Made by a program: the position numbers and the translations under genes. Source: Vicinamibacterales bacterium (GTDB taxonomy: Bacteria > Acidobacteriota > Vicinamibacteria > Vicinamibacterales > 2-12-FULL-66-21). From it: DNA of 64,000 nt. The DNA lies in NCBI GenBank assembly GCA_035637115.1, contig DASPXV010000108.1:6386-70385 (forward strand), read 5' to 3'. The notes under the pieces were generated by a model that was not told where the DNA came from, did no database searches, and saw only the letters and a program-made list of their open reading frames with translations. The stretch's first letter is position 1; every line of letters starts with the position of its first letter. Positions 20,645 through 28,611 of the stretch are shown one piece after another.

Positions 20645-21652
20645 TTACAGCGACCAGCGAAGTAGTACGGCTCCGACCGTAAAGCCCGCGCCAACGGACG
20701 CGAGCAGCACGAGGTCCCCTTTTTTGATCCGTCCCTGCCGCCGCGCGTCGGCGAGCGCGAGTGGGATCGTGCCCGCGGTCGTGTTCCCGTACATCTCGAG
20801 ATTGATGATCACTTTCTCCGGCCCGAGGCCGAGCCGTTCCGCCGCGGCTTCGATGATTCGGCGGTTGGCCTGGTGGGACACGAAGAGATCGATCTGCGAC
20901 GGATCCATTCCATTACGCTCCAGGAGACGCCGCGCGATCTCCTCGGTGTTCTTCACCGCGAATTTAAAGACCGTCGCCCCTTCCTGCTTCACGTAGTGCA
21001 GCCGTTTCTCGACGGTCTCGAGGGACGCCGGCATTTTGCTGCCGCCGGCCGGCATGCACAGCGCGGGGCCGCCGCTGCCATCAATCACGTGCGCGAAGTC
21101 GATGATGTGCGGCTCTCCTTCTTCCGCAACACTGACGACGACCGCGCCTGCGCCGTCACCGAACAGCACGCAGGTCGTGCGGTCGGTGTAATCAATGATG
21201 CTCGACATCACGTCCGCGCCGACCGCAAGCGCGTGATCGTGCGCGCCGGTCGCAACCATCTGCATCGCCGTCGTGAGCGCATAGGTGAAGCCCGAACACG
21301 CGGCGCCCAGATCGAAGCCCCACGCACCGCTCGCGCCGAGCTTCGTCTGCAGCATGCACGCGGTGCTGGGAAAGATCGTGTCCGGCGTCGACGTGCCTAC
21401 GACGATGAACCCGAGCTGATCCGCCGTGATGCCGGCTTCCTTCAACGCGCCTTCTGCGGCGACCTTTGCGAGATCGGATGTCGGTACACCGGGCTCAGCA
21501 ATGTGCCGTTCGCGGATCCCTGTGCGCTGAAGAATCCACTCGTCCGTGGTATTGACGAGCTTTTCTAAATCCGCATTGGTCAGGACTTTCGGTGGAACGT
21601 AGGTCGAAAGCCCGGAGATTTTGACGGGGCGCAGTTGACGCGGCTGACTCAT
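20645..21652 (-). CDS. fabH: beta-ketoacyl-ACP synthase III
   Basis: 335 aa. TDEWILQRTGIRERH, active-site context GAACSGFTYAL, HQAN, GNTTAGTIPLAL; typical FabH. Confidence 0.9.
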   Translation of the reverse strand: MSQPRQLRPVKISGLSTYVPPKVLTNADLEKLVNTTDEWILQRTGIRERHIAEPGVPTSDLAKVAAEGALKEAGITADQLGFIVVGTSTPDTIFPSTACMLQTKLGASGAWGFDLGAACSGFTYALTTAMQMVATGAHDHALAVGADVMSSIIDYTDRTTCVLFGDGAGAVVVSVAEEGEPHIIDFAHVIDGSGGPALCMPAGGSKMPASLETVEKRLHYVKQEGATVFKFAVKNTEEIARRLLERNGMDPSQIDLFVSHQANRRIIEAAAERLGLGPEKVIINLEMYGNTTAGTIPLALADARRQGRIKKGDLVLLASVGAGFTVGAVLLRWSL

Positions 21653-21713
21653 CTGGCAGGCTCAAAGGACATAATCCTAAGAAGAATTGGGTAACTTAGA
21701 CTCTCCAGAACTG

Positions 21714-21741
21714 TTGACGTGTAGGAGCTTAACTGTAAGAT
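21714..21741 (+). promoter_or_regulatory. sigma70-like promoter candidate (TTGACG-N16-TAAGAT)
   Basis: Read directly in the AT-richer fabH-upstream spacer. The -10 element ends about 7 nt before the TTG at 21749, which would give a leaderless or near-leaderless transcript. Confidence 0.3.
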
Positions 21742-21748
21742 ACCCCGT

Positions 21749-22036
21749 TTGCCGATGGCGGGTCATCTATCCGGTCGCAACGAACTCGGCGAGTTCGAAC
21801 ATCCGATCGGCGTCGGCATGGACCTGGAGCACATCTACGTCGCGGATCCGCAGAATCACCGCATCCAGATTTTCGACCAGCAGGGGGAACGGCAAGCGAT
21901 TCTTCGGCAGCGCGGCCCCGGAGAGCAGGCTATCGCTTCACGAGCTGGAAACGAAAGGACATCGACCTTCCCGGCGGGGCGCTGGAGGCTGCAGAGGCCG
22001 CCGGTATTTACCAGAGGCGCGTGTCGCGATCGATAG
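21749..22036 (+). CDS. small ORF carrying a single NHL-repeat-like unit (possible gene remnant)
   Basis: [33 protein letters not shown] matches the NHL repeat pattern. There is only about one repeat, and the 3' end overlaps the convergent ruvB end by 29 nt. Confidence 0.3.
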   Translation: MPMAGHLSGRNELGEFEHPIGVGMDLEHIYVADPQNHRIQIFDQQGERQAILRQRGPGEQAIASRAGNERTSTFPAGRWRLQRPPVFTRGACRDR

Positions 22037-23027
22037 GAGGCAGGCCGAAGTACTCGTAGGCCTTCGAGGTCGCGACGCGTCCGCGCGGCGTACGATCCAG
22101 GAACCCGGCCTGGATCAGAAATGGCTCGTGGATATCCTCGAGCGCATCGCGCTCCTCGCTCAGCGCGGCAGCAAGGCTGCCGACGCCGACGGGACCGCCG
22201 TTGAACTTGTCGATGATTGTCCGCAGCAGCCGTCGATCGACTTCGTCGAAGCCCTGCTCGTCCACCTCGAGCATCTTCAACGCCTTTGCCGCGACGTCCG
22301 CCGTAATCCTTCCATCGGCGCGCACCTGCGCGTAATCACGCACCCTGCGCAACAACCGGTTGGCCACGCGGGGCGTGCCACGCGAGCGTCGCGCGATCTC
22401 GCGCGCCGCGTCGGCATCGATCGGCACGCCGAGGATCCGCGCCGACCTGATCACGATCTCGAGGATGTCGCTATTCGTGTAGAAGTCGAGGCGATGGACG
22501 ATCCCGAACCGCGCGCGCAGCGGCGATGTCAGCAGCCCTGTCCGCGTTGTGGCCCCGACGAGCGTGAACCGCTGCAGGGGGACCTTCACCGATCGCGCGC
22601 TCGGACCCTGCCCGATCATGATGTCGAGCTCGTAATCTTCCATCGCGGGATAGAGGATCTCTTCGATCGCGGGGCTCATCCGGTGGATCTCGTCGATGAA
22701 CAGCACTTCGCGTGCCTGCAGGTTCGACAGCATCGCCGCAAGATCGCCGGGCTTCTCGATCACGGGCCCCGCGGTCGGCCGAATCGGCACGCCCAGCTCG
22801 TGCGCGATCACGCCCGCGAGCGTCGTCTTTCCAAGTCCTGGAGGCCCATACAGCAGCACGTGGTCGAGCGCCTCGCCACGTTGGCGAGCCGCCGCGATTG
22901 ATACCTGGAGCTGCTCCCGCACGCGATCCTGGCCGATGTATTCATCGAGCGATCGCGGCCGCAGCCCCGCCTCGTACTGGACGTCGTCGTCTTGCGAGGC
23001 GGCGTTTACGAGGCGATCGTCAGTCAT
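22008..23027 (-). CDS. ruvB: Holliday junction branch migration helicase RuvB
   Basis: [19 protein letters not shown], Walker [12 protein letters not shown], Walker [15 protein letters not shown]. Start set at the internal ATG 23027 (MTDDRLV...) rather than 23135. Confidence 0.92.
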   Translation of the reverse strand: MTDDRLVNAASQDDDVQYEAGLRPRSLDEYIGQDRVREQLQVSIAAARQRGEALDHVLLYGPPGLGKTTLAGVIAHELGVPIRPTAGPVIEKPGDLAAMLSNLQAREVLFIDEIHRMSPAIEEILYPAMEDYELDIMIGQGPSARSVKVPLQRFTLVGATTRTGLLTSPLRARFGIVHRLDFYTNSDILEIVIRSARILGVPIDADAAREIARRSRGTPRVANRLLRRVRDYAQVRADGRITADVAAKALKMLEVDEQGFDEVDRRLLRTIIDKFNGGPVGVGSLAAALSEERDALEDIHEPFLIQAGFLDRTPRGRVATSKAYEYFGLPPIDRDTRLW

Positions 23028-23067
23028 CGAGGCGTCGGAGGTGATTGAGTTCGCGGAGAACGTACAA

Positions 23068-23397
23068 CACAGAGCCGCGGAGGACACAAAGACACACAGC
23101 AGAGACGTACGATTTTTCGCAGAGGGCGCCGACAAGCAGTGGGCGCAGAGCAGTGCCGCATGTCACGCTGTGCCGCGGCCCGACGTACTCGCGGTCGACG
23201 CGCCGCGCTTCGCGCGGCAGGAGGTCAGGCGCGCACGCAAATACAAGCTCGAAGAACGAAGGCACGGCTCGTATTTGCGCGCGCGGCTGACCTCCCCGAG
23301 GCCGGCCGAAGGTCGGCCGCGTCGACACAGGGGACGGCCCGCGCTGATCTTCGCTTGACGCTCTGTGCGTCTCTGTGGCCTTTGTGGCTCTGTGGTG
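23068..23397. repeat. about 330-bp structured repeat / MITE-like element filling the ruvA-ruvB spacer
   Basis: Left end: CACAGAGCC..ACACAAAG..CAGAGACG. Right end carries the reverse-complement motifs CTCTGTG x3 and CTTTGTG. Interior has a long imperfect stem, 23220-23244 pairing with 23271-23295 (GGAGGTCAGGCGCGCACGCAAATAC / GTATTTGCGCGCGCGGCTGACCTCC), plus smaller hairpins at 23202-23218 and 23302-23318. Confidence 0.5.
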
Positions 23398-23402
23398 AAA
23401 GA

Positions 23403-24002
23403 TCATGCGCGCGTCATGCCGCGCAGGATGTCGCGCAGCAGTTCTTCGAAACCGGCTTCAGGCGTCTTCTTGATTGCAAAATCTACTGCCTTTTCGGACA
23501 CCGCCTGGTTGTAACCCAGGTTCGTGAGCGCAGACAACAGATCGGCCTTGATGCCGTCCACACCCGATGCGGCTTCGCCCGTGGCCGAAGTCGCCGCGGG
23601 TTGCGGCATGCGATCCTTCAGTTCGAGACCGATGCGTTCGGCTGTCTTCTTGCCGACGCCGGGGATCCGCGTGAGGCGCGCGACGTCCTGGGAACGGATG
23701 GCGCGAACGAGCTCGCCGGTGTCGATGCCGGACAGAACGGCCAGCGCGAGCTTGGGTCCGATACCGCTGATCGAGATCAGGCGTTCGAAGAGTTCCTGCT
23801 CGAGCGTGGACCCAAATCCGTAGAGGGCGATGACGTCCTCGCGCACGTGCGTGTGGACCCGCAGCGCAACCGAGGCGCCGGCGTCGCCGAGCCCGTAGAA
23901 CGTCGACAGCGGCACGAGCACCTCGTAGCCGACGCCGTTGACGTCGACGATGATCCTGTTCGGGTGTTTCTCGATGACCGTCCCGCTGAGCCGCGCGATC
24001 AT
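23403..24002 (-). CDS. ruvA: Holliday junction DNA-binding protein RuvA
   Basis: MIARLSGTVIEKHPNRIIVDVNGVGYEVLVP, and HhH motifs ISGIGPKLA / IPGVGKKTAERI. Confidence 0.92.
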   Translation of the reverse strand: MIARLSGTVIEKHPNRIIVDVNGVGYEVLVPLSTFYGLGDAGASVALRVHTHVREDVIALYGFGSTLEQELFERLISISGIGPKLALAVLSGIDTGELVRAIRSQDVARLTRIPGVGKKTAERIGLELKDRMPQPAATSATGEAASGVDGIKADLLSALTNLGYNQAVSEKAVDFAIKKTPEAGFEELLRDILRGMTRA

Positions 24003-24550
24003 TTTGCCGCGGGACGATACTGTCGCCAGCTGGTCAGCTTTGACCCGCCTTCACGAGGGCTTGCTGCAGCGGCAATCGAACCGGTGGCGCTGTGAATGTG
24101 GCAGATCGCCACGGCGATCGCATCCGAAGCATCGAGCGACGCCGGCGGCGCCTCGAGCCCGAGCAGCAGCTTGACCATCTGCCCGACCTGTTGCTTCTCG
24201 GCGCGGCCAAAGCCGACGACGGCACGTTTGATCTCCGCGGGACTGTATTCGATGATCGGGACGCCCGCACCGGACGCGGCGAGCAGCGCAACGCCGCGCG
24301 CGTGGCCGAGCCGCAACGCGCTGCGGACGTTCTTTGCGTGAAAGATGTTCTCGATGGCGACGCAGTCGGGCCGGCACTCCGCGATCAGCGCGACGAGGCC
24401 CGCGTGGATGACGTGCAGCCGTTCGGGGAAAGCAGTGTGGGCGGGAGCGGAAAGCGCTCCGCAGATGACAAGACGGTGGCGGCGGCCGTCGGTCTCGACG
24501 CAGCCGTAACCCGTGCGCTCGGAGCCGGGATCGATCCCGAATATCTTCAC
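23999..24550 (-). CDS. ruvC: crossover junction endodeoxyribonuclease RuvC
   Basis: MKIFGIDPGSERTGYG, AIENIF, DASDAIAVAICH. ATGA overlap with ruvA. Confidence 0.92.
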   Translation of the reverse strand: MKIFGIDPGSERTGYGCVETDGRRHRLVICGALSAPAHTAFPERLHVIHAGLVALIAECRPDCVAIENIFHAKNVRSALRLGHARGVALLAASGAGVPIIEYSPAEIKRAVVGFGRAEKQQVGQMVKLLLGLEAPPASLDASDAIAVAICHIHSATGSIAAAASPREGGSKLTSWRQYRPAAK

Positions 24551-25296
24551 GCCAACGAGGCCTCGATCTCCTTTTCCTCGATATCGGCGTTCGTCCAGAC
24601 CTTTTTCGTGTCTTCGTGCTCCTCGAGGGCTTCCATCAACCTGATCATCTGCTGCGCGGCCTTGCCTTCGAGCTTGATGTAGTTCTTCGGGAGCAGCGCG
24701 ATCTCGGCGGCAGCCGGCTCGATGCCGAGCGCTTTCACCGCTTCGAGCACGGGAGGATACGTCTCCGGCGACGACACGACTTCCCAGTTGTCATCGTCAT
24801 CCTGCAGGTCGTCCGCGCCCGCGTCGATCGCCGCCGCCAGGAGCTTCTCCTCGTCCGCCTTGCTCTTTTCGATGACGATGTAGCCCTTCTTTTCGAACAT
24901 CCAGGCGACACTGTTGGCTTCGCCGAGATTCCCGCCATATTTGGTCAGCGTGTGGCGCATTTCGCCGACCGTGCGGTTCTTGTTGTCCGTCAGGGTCTCG
25001 ATCATGATCGCGACGCCGCCGGGACCGTAGGCCTCGTAAGTGATTTCTTCGTACGAGACGCCGGGAAGCTCGCCGGTGCCGCGCTGGATGGCGCGCTTGA
25101 TATTGTCGGCCGGCATGTTGACCGACTTCGCTTCCGCGATGATCGTGCGGAGCCGCGGGTTGCTGTCCGCATCGCCGCCGCCGTTGCGCGCGGCGACCGT
25201 CAGTTCCTTGATGATGCGCGTGAAAATCTTCCCGCGCTTGGCGTCGGCCGCGCCCTTCTTGTGTTTAATCGTGTGCCATTTTGAGTGGCCGGACAT
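24547..25296 (-). CDS. YebC/PmpR family DNA-binding transcriptional regulator
   Basis: MSGHSKWHTIKHKKGAADAKRGKIFTRIIKEL is the family signature. Start taken at the second Met (25296). Confidence 0.9.
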   Translation of the reverse strand: MSGHSKWHTIKHKKGAADAKRGKIFTRIIKELTVAARNGGGDADSNPRLRTIIAEAKSVNMPADNIKRAIQRGTGELPGVSYEEITYEAYGPGGVAIMIETLTDNKNRTVGEMRHTLTKYGGNLGEANSVAWMFEKKGYIVIEKSKADEEKLLAAAIDAGADDLQDDDDNWEVVSSPETYPPVLEAVKALGIEPAAAEIALLPKNYIKLEGKAAQQMIRLMEALEEHEDTKKVWTNADIEEKEIEASLA

Positions 25297-25353
25297 CGCA
25301 ACTCCCAAAAAATGCTAGAACAAAAACTTCAGAAAAGACCAATGAAATAGGAC

Positions 25354-26505
25354 TCACGATGGTAGCACGGCGGCACCAGCGGCCGCCATCCGGCGATGCG
25401 CCGCAGCGGCATCGTGGGATCCCATCATCTCGTGCAGACCCGAGAGCATTTTGTGGTCGTCCCAGTGACGGGGATCGACGATCCGGCGGTCGGGATTCGA
25501 TGACCACGGTCCGCCGAGCGGGGCCGCGCCGTGAAGGCCCAGTGCCAGCGCGCGTTCGAACGCGCGAATCGCCGCAGGCGTGTCCCCTAGACCCGCGGCG
25601 GCTGCTCCCGCGATCCGCCATCCGTCCAGCGATTCGGGAATCGCCGCGAGGGCGCGTTGCGCAAGCTCGCGCGCCTCCGCCCACCGCTCTTGCCGCGCCG
25701 CGATGATCGCGAGTCCGAGCTGCGCGTGCGGATCGTCATGGTCGAGGTCGAGCGCCTCGCGATAGACCTGTGCCGCTTCATTCAGCCGGCCTCGCCGAAG
25801 AAGGTACGGGCCGCGGGTTCGAAACGGATGCCCGTAAAACGGATCGAGCTCGCAGGCGCGCCGATATACCGCTCTCGCGGCGTCGAGCTGTCCTTGCGCC
25901 TGGAGTCTTGTCGCGATTGCGAAGTGCTTGGCGGCATCGCATTTCGGCGGCGCGAGTCCGTCAAGGCGCGCCCCGAGTTCGTGCGCGAGGTGCGCCCATC
26001 GCAGCGGAGTGAATCCCCCCGTGACCGACATCGCGATCGTCGTCACAACCGGCACGAGGCTCAGTGCGCGTATACGATCGGCCAGCGTCTCGGCCGAACA
26101 CCAGGGCCGCGCCAGCGGCTCCGCCGATCGCCCATCGGCATAGCTCGCCGTTACCAGGTAATCGACGTCGATATCGAGCAGGACGTCGCCACCGATGCGA
26201 GGCAGCGCGTCGAGCGGCCCCATCCAGATGTCGACACTCGATTCAGAGATGTCGTCGCGCTCGCGCACGAGGACCGCGCGGGTATCGAAGTCCTGCCACA
26301 TCGGATCGGGAACGACCCAGCAAAACGCGCGGACGAGCCGGTCCCGGATCGCCGCGCGGACGAAATTTCCGATATCGATCGTCTTCCACTCCGGATCTGC
26401 CGTTGCGTCGTGGTGTGCGTCCACATGGACGAGCGTCGCATCGCGTACGCCGGCGTCGCGCCACGCGTAGTACGCGCCGTCGTGCAGATCGAAGATGTTG
26501 GTCAT
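25354..26505 (-). CDS. UPF0489-like (arginase/deacetylase-fold) domain fused to C-terminal TPR repeats
   Basis: N-terminal half: DLHDGAYYAWRDAGVRDATLVHVDAHHDA ... VLLDIDVDYL, a metal-binding-like HxDxHxD / DxDxD pattern. C-terminal half has TPR-like AxxxYxxAL repeats. ATG 26505 overlaps the upstream stop (ATGA); the track's 450-aa start is discarded. Confidence 0.65.
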   Translation of the reverse strand: MTNIFDLHDGAYYAWRDAGVRDATLVHVDAHHDATADPEWKTIDIGNFVRAAIRDRLVRAFCWVVPDPMWQDFDTRAVLVRERDDISESSVDIWMGPLDALPRIGGDVLLDIDVDYLVTASYADGRSAEPLARPWCSAETLADRIRALSLVPVVTTIAMSVTGGFTPLRWAHLAHELGARLDGLAPPKCDAAKHFAIATRLQAQGQLDAARAVYRRACELDPFYGHPFRTRGPYLLRRGRLNEAAQVYREALDLDHDDPHAQLGLAIIAARQERWAEARELAQRALAAIPESLDGWRIAGAAAAGLGDTPAAIRAFERALALGLHGAAPLGGPWSSNPDRRIVDPRHWDDHKMLSGLHEMMGSHDAAAAHRRMAAAGAAVLPS

Positions 26506-27455
26506 GCGCCTGAGGCGAATTCCTGTATGAGCGCAGCGGCCGCGGACAGGTGGCGCGAACCGTTGCGGACGCGCAGGCGCATTACCGGGACGGAGGCCGC
26601 CACCTTGGACAGACCTGCGAACACCACCGCGAGATCCCGCCGATCCTCCACGTCGAGCACGTAGGCGTAGCGCAACAGTCCCATCAGGCGGAGGGACGCG
26701 CGGCACCGGCGAATTGCCGCGGCTGCGCCGGCAGACGACCGCGGCGAAAGCAGGAACAGCGCGCGAAGCGGGCTCCGCTGCGGATGAAATGTGGCCGCGC
26801 CGCGATCGATTCGTTGCTTGGTCGAGTAATGCGCGACGCGGCTGCTGCGGATCGCACCGAGGAGCGCGGTCGCCGCTGCGCCTGGGAACAGGCGCAGTCC
26901 GGGATAGCCGGGCACCGCCACCGGCGGCCGTTCGCCGACGTCAATGGCGAGGCAATCATCCGTCACGATGCGCGCGCCCCGCGCGGCGAGCGCCGCGGCG
27001 AGCGTGGACTTTCCGCGTCCTGCTTCCCCGACAAAGCCAATCGTTCCTATGCCGCGAATGTGCACGGCGCTCGCGTGCAGAGAGAGATGTCCGCGCCGGC
27101 TCGCGACCAGCGGCAGCACCTGGTCGATCAGAAGGTGACGCAGCGTATCGGCGGGAAGCGTCGGAGAAGGACGGGCGACGATCCGCGTCGCATCAGCGCT
27201 GATGACGAAGTCCGCGAGCTGCTCCGCGAAACGCAGCACGTAGGCGTTGTCGAGACGACCGAACGAAAGCCAGAGCGGTCCGCGCGGTTTGCGCCATTCG
27301 TGAAACCAGGTAACCGCCCCGAGCGGCTTCGCCGAGGTGTCGAGGGAGATGACGCATTGCGCCGGGCCCCTGCCCGGACGCAGCGGCGGCAGCGGGATGT
27401 CGCTCGATACGCGCATCCCGCAAAAGGTGTAGGTTCGCGCGCTACGTCGCATCAC
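26502..27455 (-). CDS. HPr-kinase-related (HprK C-terminal-like) P-loop kinase
   Basis: LHASAVHIRGIGTIGFVGEAGRGKSTLAAALAARGARIVTDDCLAI is the P-loop plus TDD arrangement of the HprK-like kinases found in RiPP/PqqD-associated clusters. Confidence 0.75.
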   Translation of the reverse strand: MMRRSARTYTFCGMRVSSDIPLPPLRPGRGPAQCVISLDTSAKPLGAVTWFHEWRKPRGPLWLSFGRLDNAYVLRFAEQLADFVISADATRIVARPSPTLPADTLRHLLIDQVLPLVASRRGHLSLHASAVHIRGIGTIGFVGEAGRGKSTLAAALAARGARIVTDDCLAIDVGERPPVAVPGYPGLRLFPGAAATALLGAIRSSRVAHYSTKQRIDRGAATFHPQRSPLRALFLLSPRSSAGAAAAIRRCRASLRLMGLLRYAYVLDVEDRRDLAVVFAGLSKVAASVPVMRLRVRNGSRHLSAAAALIQEFASGA

Positions 27456-28587
27456 GCGTGTACCTGGTCACAACCTCACCGACGAACGCCGCCGCGTCGG
27501 CGGACGACGAGAACAGCGGCCGGTGTTTCGCGTAAATCTCGGACTCGATCTCGGCGAGCGTGCGCGATCCGTCGCAGAGATCGAGGACCGACTGGCGCGC
27601 AACGCCACGCTCGGTGAGCGCGGGACGATAGGCCGGATGCGTCCGGTGAACGTCGGCTGCGTCGATCAACATGCCGTTCAAAGTCGAGTGGGTCAACGTC
27701 ACAGGTTCACCAGTGCGCGGGCGCACGGTCACGGTCCACGATACCTGGACGTCGTCCGGAAGGATCCGCATCGTGACGTCGATCCGATCGCCGGCGGCGA
27801 CGGCCACAGGAGTGCCGACTGGCAGAAACGCCTGGCGCCGCATGATGCGCTCGCGGTCGAGCGGTGAATTCGAGACGTCCACCGACGGGGAGAGCTGCGC
27901 GCCGAACCAACCCCCGACGCCATCGAGCGTCCCTGCGCGTTGCACCTCGAAGGACGCATCGAACCTCAGGGGATACGTCACAGGTTCCGACAGAGTCACC
28001 GAAACGCCGCGATGCGGAGCGGACAACAGCTGCGACGATGCGAAGCGCGCCGGGTAGCCTGAATTTGCGGCGATACGGTGTGCGGGCGAGAACTCGAAGT
28101 CCGCGGGCCGGCGGGACCAGAACGCGACACGCGCCGAGCCGCGACGGTATTCAACGGGCGCGATGAAGAGATCCAGGCGCGACGGTACGAGCCGTCCGCC
28201 CGGCTTCAGAAAATGCGCGCGCGCGTCAGCGAAGAGCGAAAGAAGGCCCGCTTCGAAACCAAACCGGCCGATCTGATCGGAAACGACAACATCCGCGAGC
28301 TCGGGAATGCGAACGTCGCTGGAGTGGCCGCGGATGACGTGCAGGCGATCGCCGAATCCATTCTCCCGGGCGATCGCGCGGGCGAGATCCGCGATGGGTT
28401 CCGCTTCGACTGCGTACACGCGCGCGGCACCTGCGCGGCACGCCAGCAATGCCAGGATTCCCGTCCCGGATGCCAGATCGACGACAACATCGCCGGGCCG
28501 GACGACCTCGTGCAACGCGCGCTCGTACCGCGTGACGCGCGAACGATCGGCGAGGTAGCGGCGGTGCTCGTCAAGGACGAGAGACAC
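27442..28587 (-). CDS. PRMT-like class I SAM methyltransferase with a PqqD/RRE-like C-terminal segment
   Basis: VVVDLASGTGILALLACRAGAARVYAVE (motif I); VVVSDQIGRFGFEAGLL; a PRMT-type beta-barrel region (LDGVGGWFGAQL...RQAFLPVGTPVAVAAGDRI). C-terminus VLDLCDGSRTLAEIESEIYAKH....AAAFVGEVV resembles PqqD. GTG start preceded by GAGG. Confidence 0.7.
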   Translation of the reverse strand: MSLVLDEHRRYLADRSRVTRYERALHEVVRPGDVVVDLASGTGILALLACRAGAARVYAVEAEPIADLARAIARENGFGDRLHVIRGHSSDVRIPELADVVVSDQIGRFGFEAGLLSLFADARAHFLKPGGRLVPSRLDLFIAPVEYRRGSARVAFWSRRPADFEFSPAHRIAANSGYPARFASSQLLSAPHRGVSVTLSEPVTYPLRFDASFEVQRAGTLDGVGGWFGAQLSPSVDVSNSPLDRERIMRRQAFLPVGTPVAVAAGDRIDVTMRILPDDVQVSWTVTVRPRTGEPVTLTHSTLNGMLIDAADVHRTHPAYRPALTERGVARQSVLDLCDGSRTLAEIESEIYAKHRPLFSSSADAAAFVGEVVTRYTRDAT

Positions 28588-28611
28588 GCGGAACCTCTCA
28601 GGTCCAAGGGC

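Noticed and set aside
23020-23406. 128-aa ORF spanning the ruvA-ruvB spacer.
   Set aside because: The sequence is dictated by the inverted CACAGAG/CTCTGTG repeats and hairpins (FHHRATKATETHRA...). There is no SD or domain, and it overlaps both the ruvA start and the ruvB start.
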